Shown: piece after piece, positions 49,501-63,714 of the stretch | How positions within the stretch are numbered: the stretch's first letter is position 1 | How the letters are laid out: every line of letters begins with the position of its first letter | Source: Camelus ferus | Taxonomy: Eukaryota | Direction of reading: 5' to 3' | Assembly: GCF_009834535.1 (NCBI RefSeq) | Contig: NC_045696.1 | Span: 55,430,001 to 55,494,000 of the forward strand | Length of the DNA stretch: 64,000 nucleotides | Translations under genes and position numbers: made by a program | The notes under the pieces: generated by a model | Database searches by the model: none | The model's input: only the letters and a program-made list of their open reading frames with translations | What the model was told of the DNA's origin: nothing

Positions 49501-52500
49501 ACTATCTCCACACACACACAGCTGGGCAGCTGAAGCAGGACGGGCAACAGGCGGCTGACCCACACAAGCGTGGTCCAGCTCCCCACGCCCCGCCGAAGCC
49601 TGGAGGCGAATCCCAGGGAGCCTGGAAACTGACAGATGCACCTGCTGCTACCTCCCAACTACATCTCTGCAGGGACGACAGCCTGGAGAAATATACGGAG
49701 TCAGTTCTAGCACAAGAGCGCGAAAAGCACTGAAGGATGGAAGCACACAACGTACCAGAGCACGGCACGTACACAGACAGGGCAGAGGGCAGGGCGCCAC
49801 TCTCACATTACAGACTATCAGGTCAGCTCCAGCCCGATTGGGCAACTTTGGGCAGTGAAAATCTGGTAACCAAAATAAATACCTAAAGGAAGATATTTTA
49901 TGTGTGCACATGAAAAACAGAACATCAGAAATTGAGGATTATGCCAGGGGACATGGTTTCATTTTAGTTCTGATATACAGTTCCTCATTTCAATAACACT
50001 GATTGTCCTAAAGAGAAGTAACTGGAAGAAAAAGGGAGAATAAAAGACTGAAAGTACAGATGGTGAATAAAGGAATCTTTTTCACCACTCACCTTTTTAA
50101 GCCTTTCCTTGCACCTGAATGTTTTAGGGTATACATTAAGAATGAAGAATGGCATCTTTAAAATAACACATTCCCAAAATCATATTTAAATCTATTCTGT
50201 AAAAAGATATTTACTCAAAAGTACTAAAACTAATTATTATTGCTATACATTAAAGTTAAATATTAGAATAGGATATATTTCTATCTTTAAGGAGAAACTC
50301 CAAGTCCATGAGAACAGAAAGGGGGAATTCAGTATTTGCTTTGCAGCTTCTTCTCACTCAATTCTTACCTACAGACTTGGGATTTTGGAGTTTATTTCTG
50401 TCCTTCTCTCCAGTCCCAAGGGGCCAGGACTAAATGACCAATTATTTCTGCAGGGGCTAGAAACCGGCATCTAAATGCCCAACTCCTCATGGCCCTGTAA
50501 TCTAAAAACACATGAAAAGGAATAATCTCCTCAAAGTTTATATTTTTTTAAATATAAGGTTTAAACTTATTTAAATTAAAAACATTAAGCTACATTTAGT
50601 CTCATTCACATATTTTCAGGTCACCTCCTTACCATTCTCCACTTTTTCTGTTTCCCAATGTACCTCCTAACATACTATACATTACACCTGCTATTCTTAG
50701 TGTTTACTGTCTGCTTCTGTCCCTCCTTGCTAAAATGGAGGCTCTGTGAGGGCAAGGATCTTCACAGTTTTCGTATCAGAGAATACTTGTTCAATAGCTG
50801 CTAAACAGATGCACGTGCATAGTCTTTGCAATTCCTGGCACCCTATAAATCTGCCATTCTGAAGCAATAAAATCCATGTGCCTGTAACATAAAGTATGGT
50901 TACAGGGCTGGATGGCTATATCCTGGTCACTTTGGGCAGGCACCACTGACTCTGTAAAAGTTATAGCTTAATGCTTTGGAGGTGTAATTCAAGGACAAAT
51001 GAAATAGTTTCAGATACGCAGACCAGGGTCTCACTGGCATAACTAAAATAAAGAGTTCAGTAGCCCTGGAGAACTCAAATATGGACACCTTTAATAAAGA
51101 ATTAACACCTCCTTAAACTTGGGATAAGGCATCGATCATGCCATAAATGAATAGAGAGTTGGAGCCAGAAACCTTCAGGCAATGCTAGGACCCAGATAAA
51201 GATGCAGGATACCGAGGAAGACATCACAACCCTGCTCTCCCCAGTTGTTTCCACTAGGAACGTAGATACCAATTTCCTCTATTTTTAATAACCCCTTCCT
51301 TTCTGCCCTCACTGCTCACACTCAGTCTCTCACCCCCAGTGTCCTACTCCCTCTGCTGCTCTCTCACGTGGGATCTCTCACCCAGGCATATGCCCCACCC
51401 AGCAGGAGCAGAATCTGTCATATGCAGGGAGCCCAGCAGGCCTCTCCTGCCCCCCAGCATGTGCCAAGCTCAGCAGTGGCCTGGCACACATAAATCAGTC
51501 CTGATCTGAATAGAGTGGAACATGGACAGCCCCTAGAATTAACTGTTCCATGCAGACAGCCCTGGGCAGGCACCCAGAAGCTAAACACATTCAATGCACC
51601 CCTTAAAACTGGAGAAAATGGATGTCTCTGTCAACTGCCCGGGCATGCTGGAATCCAGTGACACCAGCGCTCTCACAGAAGATGAAACAAAGCAATGAAA
51701 TAAAGACCCAACTCCTATCTTTAAGCTGAGTTCCCAAAGAGCTGGTTCTGCAACCACTTGAAATTCAAAACAAGATGAGCCATCCTGATCTCAGAAGTTC
51801 TCCCACTTGTAAAGGCCTACAGTTCAATCACTGCCAACTTTTCAACATCCATTATATTATAAACTTCTGAGCACTGTAAGGTCTATTAAGCAAAAATATA
51901 AGAGACAATGGTAGGAGAAAGTAATTAGGATATTAACTACTGAGAAGGACCTCGAAGGATTCAGGACTTAAATAGAGAAACGAGGTTTTCAGAAAAGCGC
52001 AATAGCATGTGCAGAGACGCAGCAGTAGAGATGAACAGGACACATTCCTGAGACAAGGATGACGCTAGACTAGCAGGAAGCAGTAGGGCTCAGGCAGAAG
52101 AGCTATGGGTGATAACGGGAGTCAGTCTCCTTATAGGGGACCCTGAATGCCAGGATGAGACCTGTCGCATTGTCGGCAATGCAGGAAGAATGTGAATAAA
52201 AAGAGAGAAAAAATGAAGTGATATTTCATAAAAATGTATCTGGTGGCCACGGGTAGGTTGAACTGAAGTAGATAATGACTTAACAAAGACCAGATGGAAA
52301 AATCATGCAATAGTTCATTACTGGTCCTGAGAATTACCACTAGTGCACTGGCAATTGCAATGCAGATGAGGGGACAGAGGCAGACAGAGCAGGGAGGAAG
52401 AACTGTCAGCCCTGACCAGAAGCCCCTCCCAGGGAGTGGAACGCCCCGGCACCCCAGCTGGCTTGTGGGGTGGCAGCGTGGCCCCATCCGAGGGAGCCCA

Positions 52501-53974
52501 CGGTGCTAAAGCTCCTCTGCTGCGGCACCTAGTCCCCTCGCCCTCCTCCGTACGCACGCCACATTCCCGTGACTGGCTCCTCAGAAGAGAATTCTGCACG
52601 TCTTTCACTAACGCTGCCTCCTTTCAGTTCTCCTCCTCCTCCTTTCCGTCATTCCTTCCTTCCAATCAGCTCAGTGTGAAAAACCTAGGGAGAGGCTTCC
52701 ACCCCAGTCACCATACCATGGAGGCCATCTCCTCTCTTTCCTCTACACCCTCCCTTCTCTATTGCCTTTTGAGCTAATCTTATTAAAAACATATTTAAGA
52801 TACCTAGTTACCATGGTGATAAGAAAGCAACATTACAGAGAAGAGAAAAAACTGCCCTTCTTTTACTAGCCTACACATTTCTCAGTTCCCATCAGTTTAC
52901 CTAAAAGATTAGGCCATTAATCTCCAGCCTCTCAAAATAAGCCTGCAAATAGCTCAACCCTCTTTCCAAGACCAATATATAGTGCAAGCCTCATCCTAAT
53001 TGCTCTAATTACATGAAGAACATAATGAGATAGGGCAGCAGATGGCTACAGATTACATTTGACAGAGAAGAAATTCTCCTCTCTCATCCTTTTACTGAAG
53101 AAACGTTGCCTTGAAAAGTAAAAACTATCATTTCGTTCACAAAGCCAAATATGTATATTTTTAAAATGCTATGCCATTTTTCTATTTTCTTCAGCAGTAC
53201 ACTTCCTTAAAAAAATAACTTTACTCATTCCACGTAGGTTTCTGCTACTATATATAACAGATAAATTTGTACCCCTTGCTGAACAAAAGAAGATGTGCTC
53301 ATAGAAAGTGTGTCCGGAGTCTACCTAATAAATCACATACTTTCACAAACCTGTTCTATAATCTCAAAGATGCGCTCTATCAAATATAAATTTGGGGACT
53401 GAGGTAATTTGGGCCTAACAACAAAAAGTCTCTATCTAAACTACTGTTGGCCCAGCTTTCCACAAGAGATGGAGTGTCAAGCTTCCAACCACCATGCTAA
53501 TACTCTTCAAACTCAGTATCCACAAATGAAGTCAGTATCTTCTCCTAAAAAACCAGTTTGTTTACCCAACATTTTTTTTTTTTACTGGCCAGTGGTAATA
53601 ACAGGCTCTAACCTTGGCGCTATCCTTTCAAACTCCTCTCATGCCCCTGTCAGTACTATCAAATAGTATCCAGTAGACTTGGTCACTAACAAAATTACCA
53701 ATTACCATTCCACAACACAACTGTTTGACGTTTAACAAGCTGTAAGAAGCTTTAAAACAAATCAATTTCCATTATAGGATGCAGGGCAAGAAAAAGAAGG
53801 GCAAAGAATTTTATCACTTCCATGAAACCTACTTGAAAAAGAAAAATTAATGTCCCTGTCTTAACTTTGTTACCTTAATAAAATTCCCTCCTCTCTCCTT
53901 AATTGAAAAGGCCTCCACTAAAACTGACTCAACAGTTTCTGTCATTTGGTATTCCACTAACCAATAATCGTAAC

Positions 53975-54290
53975 AGTCATGTTATATTAATCCACGTTGG
54001 CTACATTATGCCTCTGTAACAGATTAACTCTGAAATCTCAGCAGCTTTACACAAAGTGTGCTCACACAGTGTCCTCTAGGGATCCAGAAGCTCTCTACTA
54101 AATGATGACCCGGGGACCCAGTCTGGCATCACCCTGTGATACCATCAGCTCCCCATGTGGGTCTCCACAATCCACCTGGCAAAGAGCTTTGGCTCATAAA
54201 TGACACCTATCACCTCCATTTGTAACCTACTGTTCAGAATAAGTACACAGCCCCAGCCTAACTGCAAGTAAGACAAGAAAAAGCAGCCTG
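53975..54290. mobile_element. ERVL-MaLR (MLT1-type) LTR remnant
   Basis: ttggctacattatgcctctgtaaca, ctctgaaatctcagcagcttta, atgacacctatcacctcc and cagcctaactgcaag. Confidence 0.6.
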
Positions 54291-54589
54291 GTCAGGCTCT
54301 AAAGAGGAAAATAAGACAGGACTAGGTGAACAAGCAGTGTTGTCTCTGTCACAAGGAGGCACTTACTACATGCGCAATTAACTACCATGCACCTGGAAAT
54401 CTTTATATGTATTAACATCTTGAATATCCAAAACCACCTCATGAGATAAGTATTATTATTAATATTATTATTAATATTATCCCATTTTGTAAACAAAGAA
54501 ATTGAGGTCCAAAGACGTTAAGTAACTTACCTAAGCTACTAAGGGGCCTAGCTGGGGATACGCTTATAAGTTGAACCTTAAAAAAAAAA

Positions 54590-54872
54590 AAGGACACAAA
54601 TGAACTTATCTACAAAACAGAAACAGATTCACAGACATAGAGAACAAACTTATGATTACCACAGGGTAAAAGACGTGGGAAGGGATAAATTGGGAATTCG
54701 AAAACTGCACCTCTTGGGGACTGATGGAAATGCTATCTTGAATGTTACCTATCTTGATTGTGGTAGTGGATTCACTGGTGTACATACATCTATCACAATC
54801 CATTAAATTGTACATTTGAAATATGCGTAGTTTACAGTATAGGAACCATACCACGATAAAGGTGTTAAAAAA
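54590..54872 (+). mobile_element. Fused L1 3'UTR fragments (younger piece followed by an older L1M terminus)
   Basis: 54590-54703 resembles the young L1 3'UTR at about 19470-19560. 54710-54872 resembles an old L1MB/MC end (tatcttgattgtggtagtgg...aaattgtacatttgaaatatgcg). Confidence 0.65.
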
Positions 54873-55059
54873 CAAATCCAAGCAATGGGCTCCAGAATAC
54901 ACTATGTCACACTGCTTCTCAATACGCAAGACACGCTGCCAGGCACTGTTAACGATATTGGTCTTCAAATATTTGTAAGCCTATCAGATGAAAGAAGGAT
55001 TCAGATATACTGTATTAAGTCTTTAGAGGACAAAATAAGAGGTAGTACTGAGAGAGAAA

Positions 55060-55300
55060 AATTAAGTGAGACAGTATTTTTAAGTGCCTCTTAAAAGCCA
55101 GGCACCATTCTAGATACCACACGCGTATTTCATCTACGTATCAAAACACTCCCACAAAGTGGGTATTACGATCACAGTTACACAAATGAGAAAAACAGAC
55201 TCAGAGAGATTAAGTAACTTGACTAGGATACTACACAGAGCCAAGACTTAAACCCAAATTAATCTGGCTTCCAAGCCTAAGCAGTTACCCCTTATGTCTC
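55060..55300. mobile_element. MIR SINE
   Basis: gccaggcaccattctag...acaaatgagaaaaacagactcagagagattaagtaacttg...tctggcttccaagcc. Confidence 0.75.
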
Positions 55301-56029
55301 ACTGTTACCCAATACAGAGATAATAGATACAAGTCTCAGTCTACAAATCACATGGGCAAGAAATCTAATTTCGCTCTTCTAATTTTTTTCAGTAACTAAA
55401 CTTACTTTTGGTTGTCAGCCCCCATTTAGCTGAGAGGCAGATACTTAATCTTTACAGTTCTGCTCTGAGGTCTTAGGGGGAAATTCACTCTCCATTAGAA
55501 TTCATCAAACTTTCCTAAGGTTCTTTCAAGCACAATGCCAACATCTAGGCTCTCTCAACTCCCTATCTGACTCTTTCTCAACTTGTCTACAAAATCTTTT
55601 TTCCTGACTTTCCCCAATTTAGCTTTATAGTCAGACCCAGGCTTTGTAATTTCTGAAATCAGAAACCAAACACTTGCCTCTTCTTCACATTCTGCTGAGA
55701 TGACTCTCCCCTCCCCTGATAATCAGAAAAAAAAGAAAACTGTCAGAGGGCAGCAGGAAGTACCAGGAACAGAAAGCGCATCGGTTAATATACCACCACA
55801 TCACGGGTTACAGAAAGAAAGCCTCTTAACAAATGTAGCTGCTGAAAATGAAATGAGCCATTTGAGACAGTGAACTTCCCCGTACAAGAAGCACTTCAAG
55901 ACAAGTGCGCTTGGTCATAGAGCTAGAGCAGTGCAGAGGCCTACAGGTATATCTGGAAGGTGAGGGCAGGGGGTGTGGCGGTGACTGGACCTAGAATACT
56001 TGTCATCTTAATGGACAGTAGGACAGGGT

Positions 56030-56049
56030 GAGAGAGAGAGAGAGAGAGA
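56030..56049 (+). repeat. (GA)n microsatellite
   Basis: AG repeat, about 10 units. Confidence 0.9.
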
Positions 56050-56959
56050 AATAAAAGACTGACAAATCTATAATTTCAAGTAAGCCAGAACACAATGGCT
56101 GGTTTTCTATGCATATTCAAATGGAAGGGGAAAGGGACAGGTTACCATAAATCTCCATACCGACAAGAGAAAAATTAAGGACAACATGTACAGACCACAA
56201 AGGAATAGAAAAACACCCAAGAATGCGGCTCCCTAAGGTCCACGGGAAGAAGATGAAGCCTGCCCTCCTTGCTGAGAAAAGAAGAGGGACTGGTAGCGGG
56301 AAAGGTGAAGATGTGGAAGATTATCGCAAAAATTCCAAGCAGCAAGAACTCTGTCACTGGACGCTGCCACCCAGTGATGCCTTGATTCTGATCTAAAACT
56401 GCAGAGTCCCCAGGAGAGGGAAGGTAGGGTGTGTGCCAAGTGAGAAGACAGAAAGCCATCGCATCCAAGACACTTACATTCTATTCAGCCCTTTTACAGC
56501 TCAGGGAACACACTCCGATTGTTCTAATAATTTTCCCTCAACTTTTATCTGCGAGCTAATGATAAAATAGTGGTAATAATAATAAATTACTGAGAAGCAC
56601 TCCCAAAGGCATCAGAAGTCATGCTAAGCCACATTAAAATGCAGCCTGGAGTTACATAAAGTATCACATTAAAATTTAAGATCCTTCAAATTTCAATCTT
56701 ATTTAATTTCAAAGCAGTATTTCAAACCAAAAGGCACTACAGGGATTAGTGACAAAAGGGAGGTAACAATATTCTATATCTCTATTAAGGAGAGGACTGA
56801 GGTGGGAGGGGAGGGGATCTATGAGGCATTTTCAATGACAGCTCCATTTGTGATGTATTATAAATTGCTGTCCTTCTGTCACAGTGCAAGGACAAAAGGA
56901 CCATTTTACTTGATGTTTCCTATGTTATTATTATCAATTAAGGTGAAAAGCTACATTTC

Positions 56960-57880
56960 TGGCTCTGACTTGCCTTAAGCCCTGGACCCATATACTGAAT
57001 TGCTTCCTGGATTTCCCTTCCCTTAGATCATTCCACAAGCAGAACCAATTCCATTTGTCCAAAATTGAATTTATCATCTTTTCCCAACATCTGATCTTCC
57101 TTTATCGTCCATTTCAATGCACCCAAGACAAGAACCTGGGAGATTCCCCCGGGAGGCTGTTTCATCCTGCAAGGTGACGGAATCACACATTTTACCTCCT
57201 CAGTCACTCTCATTGGTGTCCTCCTCTTTATCCCTTCTCTTTCAATCAGACTCTCATCATTGCTCTCTGAACCCTTGCACCAGCCTCTTAGCATATGGCA
57301 CCCCCCTTCTCCTCATCTGACCTCCCGCCAACAGATTCTGTGCACTAGCACCAGAGGGATGCTTCTAAAATGCAAAACTGATCACACCACACCCCAGAGT
57401 AGAGCCCTGGGATGACTACACCCATTCTCTGTAAGATACAAACCAAGTTTCTCAGCATGACAAAAAGGCCTTCCATGGGATAGCGTCACCTCCCAGCCTG
57501 GCCTGGCCGAGTCACACAGGCCCGGGCGGGGGCACTACAGTTAAGCAGGCCTGAATGACCTGAGGCCGCACTCCCCAAGCTACTTCCCACTTCCTTGTCT
57601 TTCCCACGAGCTCTCTCTGCCTGGAATGTCTGCCCCCTCTGCAACAAGCCACAGTCCAGAAGCCCACCCCTTCAGGAACCCTTCCCTGACTTTCTGCCAC
57701 CCTCTCTCCCCCTCTGGCTTCAGGAGGGGAGCCCCACCCCCACCCCGTATTTGCACAGCAAACCAGATGCACCTCCACGGCACTGGCCCACTCTGGGAAT
57801 GGCTAACAACTCAGGAAGCTGTCCTCCCCTCCACTCACAATGCCTGGTGCCCAAGAAATGTGCATGAAACGAAATTCTTT
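56960..57880 (+). mobile_element. L2 LINE fragments
   Basis: tgtccaaaattgaatttatcatcttt, ccagagggatgcttctaaaatgcaaaactgatcac, tctgcctggaatgtc and cacaatgcctggtgcc. Confidence 0.6.
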
Positions 57881-60369
57881 TTCATTAAGTGCCTCAATTT
57901 CTACTTGATGCTATTTGTAACATTTTCTTCCAGTTTTCAGTCAGTACAGGTACAAATGAGGGATTTATCGTAAGAAATACTTTGGATGCTCAATTTAACA
58001 GGAAAATGGCAAGGAGCCTTTTTAGCCTCCCCCAGGTCAGCGGGGTACCACACCAAGTACACACCTTCACATGATACTTCATGTGTAAAACAGCCACGTA
58101 AGTTAAGTAGTGGCAGTAACTTGTCTTTACTGAGAAGGAGACTATCTCTCAGAGAGGACAATAAATTATCCCAAGACTACATAGCTGGAAGGTGGATGGA
58201 TCAATATTAAGATACAGGTTTTACATGAATCCAATAGTGTTGCTCACATAAGACAGAAAACACAGCAATTAAAGAAAAAGAAAGGGCCATACAAAGAATT
58301 AAAAAAGAGAAAATTTTCTAAGCTCTCCTCCAGACTCACAGTTTTCTCTTTCCTCCTTATTTCTCAGCAGAATAGGTGACTTGGAGTAATGGGGTCATCC
58401 TAAGACCACTGCTGCTACTTAGAACATGATGTTAAGGAAAGTTGAGATCAGTGGTTCAATAAACTTAAGCATTAATTAGTTTCATTCCACTAGATACCCA
58501 TCTACTCAATTTCTAACCCTGTGAACCATTTCATAAACCCATGGACAGGAAAACGTGAGCAGAGGCTCAGTTTCAATCCATCACCCCCATTACAACACAG
58601 CTCGAAGTACGAACCTTCCCCGTGGTGCTGAGTATTTTGGTACAGGAGATCTCACAAAGAGGCTCAGGGCTCCGCTCTGCAAACAGAATGCCTCCAGAGA
58701 GGAGCTGGGTGTGAGGCTCAGTCCACATGCTCATCCCACTGCACAGGGGCTTCTCTCCTCCAGGACGTGGGCAAGGACAAGCTGCCTCTCGCACCACACC
58801 CACACACACCCGGGGCTGGGGACATTCCAGGGCTCACCGTGGGTACTGGGGACCGTGGGCTCAACGTACTGCTCACAGCTGTGAGTCCTGTCTGGTAACG
58901 TGAGGTCATAAAAACACGCTTGGCCTACTCGGTGGACGTAATCCAGCCCCAGTAAAGATTGCATCAACTGTTAAACAATGTTTGGAGTTCACCACTCAGA
59001 GAACTAAAAGAGCTACAATTCAGGCAGAGAGACAAGGGCAGCCTTGAAAAAGAGGAGGAAGGCAAAATGTAGCAGCAACTCCCTGGCCATGTGACTTGAG
59101 ACTCTTGGCAGGCTGCCCTGCAGGCTGGATAGTCTGTGGGCAGGGAATTCACATCCTTCTCTCAGCTGCCAGAGGCCAAGAAGGCCCAGACAGAGGACTA
59201 CCAACTCAGATCCTTCATCAAGCTAATAATCAATGAGACCTTCCTGAGAACAATGAATGAATAACCACAACTCTTGCCTGTTTTACACAGTCATGTGACT
59301 GATCAGGTCACTCCAACTGGGCTTCATGACTTCTACAATCCTGAAACAGTTCTGTAATATTTAATTGGATACCAAGTATGCAACCAAGGCAAGGTTTCTT
59401 CCCCATATTGCTGAACAAAGCTCTGTAGCAAAAACAAAGGACACAGTTCAGCTTAAGTCAACCAACATTTACAGAGTGGGAATTGAGACCCTGAGCCAAG
59501 AGCAGATAACCCAAAGACGAACAAGATGTCTTTGAGGAAACTACAGTACCCTGGGAGAGGGAAAAAAAGCAAAGGGGGTGTCAACATAATATGGTAATTG
59601 CTGGCACAGTGTGTATATGACAGTATATGAAGATCACCAGCCAGGGTTAAATACCGAAATCAAAGCAAGAGAAGCACCAGCGCCCATGTGGACCAAAGGG
59701 AAGAGTTAAAAGACGACACTACAAATCATCTAGTCTGGATTTTCAAATGAGCACACAAGTTATAAATGGAGTAGGACTTGCCCAGTCACGCAGTCAATGA
59801 GAAGCAAAGCTGGGGCTGGAGCTCAGGTTTCCAGGGCTTTCCACCACAGCAGAACACTGCTCCAAAAATCACAGATATGGGACAAGTTCCGAGCTTCTGA
59901 AGCTGGGCAAATACAACTTCCCAAAACGCAGATTCTGAAGACAAACTGACTAATGAACTGTGAATGCGGATGGAGGGCAGGGTGCGAGGGCTGGACTGTC
60001 TCCAAGGGTGGGAGACCTGGAGGACAGAATGGCATCTGCATGTGACATGTCAGTAAAACCAGAAAAATTAAAAGCATTTCATTTTTAACTGGCAGCAAAC
60101 ATTCTCCTGCAAGCCACTATTTGCTAAAAGGCTGCTTCAGCGGTGTTGCTAGTTCTCTACTCCTCCCCTACAGCAGAGAGCTGTTTTATCACTTGTGCTA
60201 AGGACGTGGAGATGTCGTGCACTGCAAGATTTCTCAGAGACTACTGACACGAGGCATAGCACAAAGCCACATCTAGTTAGCTGATACTGAAGTGAGCGCC
60301 TCAGACCTGCTATGGTCCAGAACCAGCTTTTGGACAAGGAAGACAAATGGCCTGGGAGACTTAAGAGAG

Positions 60370-60830
60370 GCTCCAGAGGGGAGATAACCTTTGAGCTGCA
60401 AAGGATACATCAGAGACAGTGAGACATAAAAGGCACTCCAGGCAGAGGAAGAGCATCTGCAGAAGCTCGAGGGTCATAAGAGGGGACGGTATGTTTAGAG
60501 CATGAAGTCTGAGGCAAGTAATAAACAGTAAAGGTGCAGGAAGATTCAAAGAGACTTGTATGATTGTATAATGTAGGCTCTGGGCTTTACCCAAAACACA
60601 AGAGGGAACCACTGAACATTTTTATAATCAGGAGAAGGATGCATTTGTATTTTCATTAAAGACACTCTTTCAGAAGTGTGGCAGATAGACCTGAAGGGAG
60701 GGAGAAAGGAGGGAGGGACAGAGACTAATTATGAACATACTGGGATGATGTAGGTGGGAAGTGAAGGAAACCTGCATTATGTCAGGGAAAACAGGCAACA
60801 AAGAATGGCTTTGAGAAATGGTTAAGTTTT
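60370..60830 (-). mobile_element. L2 LINE fragment
   Basis: cactccaggcagaggaagagcatctgcagaag, gggaaccactgaaca and gcatttgtattttcattaaagacactct. Confidence 0.55.
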
Positions 60831-61802
60831 TTTAAGAAGCAGACAACAAAAAGGAGTTTTTATTTTGCATAATACATGGAAAATATGTTGACTTGTTGCA
60901 ACCAGAACAAACTATTTTCAGGAAAAAATATCACTTGTCTTATATCATAGATGATACTCAAATGAGTAAATAATTATCATTATTACACATACATTTAGAT
61001 TAAAATTAAAACAGAGAAATCAAGCAATTTAGAGCCACATTATATTTCTCTTTAGGAAGAATTGTTTTTAAGTTAAGCCTTCATCTATCTGTGGGCTACC
61101 TGGAGAGAGAATATGAACAATTTAAAACTTACAAAAACTATATAACCCTGAGGTGCATAATTGTCATGCTGGAGCACACCTGTACCATTAGAGGAATGTT
61201 TCACAGGTGGGAATGCGTAACATTCCTTACTCATCAATATGGATCAGAATCTGTAATTACACAGTTGTTCACGTCATTCAGTAAGTGGCCTGATGATACA
61301 AAGGGGAGACCAGTAAGTGTAAGAATGATAAGTGGGGTTACTGAGAGACAGGAGAGAGACTGGAATAAAACAGGAAATTCTGAATGAAAATGTGAAAGTT
61401 CAGTAAATAAAAGGATGATGAGTCTGTTGCTGAGAGACAGGAGAGATTTCAGTGATGAAATGCAAAATTCTAGAACGATACTGGGCTTAAACAACCTAAA
61501 AACATTTACATGTATCCGTGGAGAAGAAAAATGGATAAAGAGTTGTAGCCAACATTCATTTTGCACATTCTATGCACAGAGCAGTACTGTAGACACTGTG
61601 GGAGGAACAAAGGGGAATAAGAGTAGTCCCTTCACTCTCAGTCCCATGGCAACTCTAGGGTCTTCTGAGTTCTGAGACCCCCTACAAGTTAGTTCTGGAC
61701 AACAGCAGGTGTGAGGTACTCACCTCAGGAAGTATCAAACCAAGACTCACTTTCAGTCCAGAGAATTCCATGGATTCAAGGAACCTCTGAAGGACATGGG
61801 CT

Positions 61803-61829
61803 GTGTGTGTGTGTGTGTGTGTGTGTGTG
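61803..61829 (+). repeat. (TG)n microsatellite
   Basis: TG repeat, about 13 units. Confidence 0.95.
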
Positions 61830-63714
61830 CTTGTATGTGTATGTGTTCTGTTGGTGGGTGGGGAGGGAAGGTCCCTTGGCCAGAAGATATGAGTATTTCC
61901 TGAAATGTCCCCAGGGCAAGTTTCAGTCCCTCCAGTGAAAACTGTTGAGTCAACCAGCTCCTCTGGAAGCTCCCCCATCTTCAGGGAAAGTGCAGCCCTC
62001 GCAACCCCAATGTAAGCTCCACTGAGCTCCAAAAACATGCACCTTCTCAGAATAGAGGTCACAGGCTCAGTGGGTCCCTAAAGCACAGCGACTCTTGAGA
62101 GGAAGCAAGAGGAAAGGGGAATGTGAGGCAAGTATACGCTATTTTTCATGAAATTTTTTTTTAAAGTCTGCTGTTAGATGTAGTCCAAAACAATTCAAAT
62201 ATTATTCAATCATGGATATTTACACACCTATTAGCCATAACTAATCCACACAGGGACCACTTATCCTAACACCACTGTTGTGGGACAGGCCCAATATCCA
62301 CGTTATGGTGGACTGACTGTACTTTACCAGGCTCTCGTGGTAAGTGCCGGCTATCCTTCAGGACACATGATTTTACCAAAGTATGTAACAGGATTAGTTT
62401 TATAACAACTTCTACTGCCTTCTAGTCATGAGCTGAGACAAGTAACTCCTTTTGTATCTCTACAGCTGAATCTATATAAGTGAAATGCAGCAATTAACCT
62501 GTGAATTTAATCTAATTGTTCAACAACTATACAAGATTAAATATTAAAAAGTTTAATTTACCTGAAGAGTAATAAACTTTGAATCTAAGATCATCAACTG
62601 CCATTTCATTTTATTTTATAAAAACATATCCCCTATGTCTCTATAAAATGACATTGGACAGAAGATAAAATGTTCACATATACGAGAAGAGAACGTAAAA
62701 CTATCTCCTAAGAGCATTAATTGCCATTTTGTTATTAGGAAATGAACAAATTCGCAATCAGTGCCTAGCATCTGCAAGACACTATTGGGAATCAACAGAA
62801 AACAAAAAAGATCTAATTATCCACCAGGTCTGGAAAAGATCGAGAACAGAGTATTTGAATACTGACAGTGTATGGAGGTAAGCAGAGGAGAAGCTCTCCA
62901 TTCAAAGGCCCAGGATCCTGGGCAAGGCCCGTACAATGCACCAGCACGCAAAGTGATGAATAAGCCTCATTGAGAATAGTGGCCACGTCATGGCTGGCTG
63001 AACATTCAGTCCACAAACAGAAGGCTTCTTGTATTTGCTCGAATCAACCAGAGGAAAGTTTTAGCAAAAAGACTGTTATATTCAAATGGAAATCAGTACT
63101 TCCCAGCAAGAATGGACAATTAGCAATTCCTTAAACTGGCACTAAGAGGAAGAGCAGGGAACTGTACCAAAAACAGCACAAACAACCTATATTCCAAAAT
63201 GTGAAATTAATAAGAAAGAATATGAGAGTTATTAGCATTTTGAAAAACTCACATGGCAGACGTAAGTCTAGATGCTATGGATCTCCCAGTTGTCAACCCA
63301 CACTGGTAGATTTCACCCAAATACTTCCCTTTTAAACATCTCTTATTACGTTCATGTATAAATCATAGACTAAGATTCCAGCACACAGTTAATTTACATG
63401 GTGTTCCTTAAACATTTAGTGAAAGAGTGCAAAGCCTGTTTATATATCATTTGAATCTACATTCAAAAAGCCTTTATTCAGTAGGTTAACAGATTCTAGC
63501 AAATACCTCTTCCAGACTGGTAGGACAAAACAGTTACCACCCTCACTCCCATCTCCAAGCACTCATGCAACTTCTGATTTATGGACCTGGCTCTGTGAAT
63601 CTGATCCTGGAGCTATAATAAGTCCACGGGCTCTCAGATAAGTTACAATGACTCCATAGCCACTTTGGGATTGAAGAAAAAAAGTTCAAAGTAAAAAGAG
63701 AGGTTCAAGAAATT

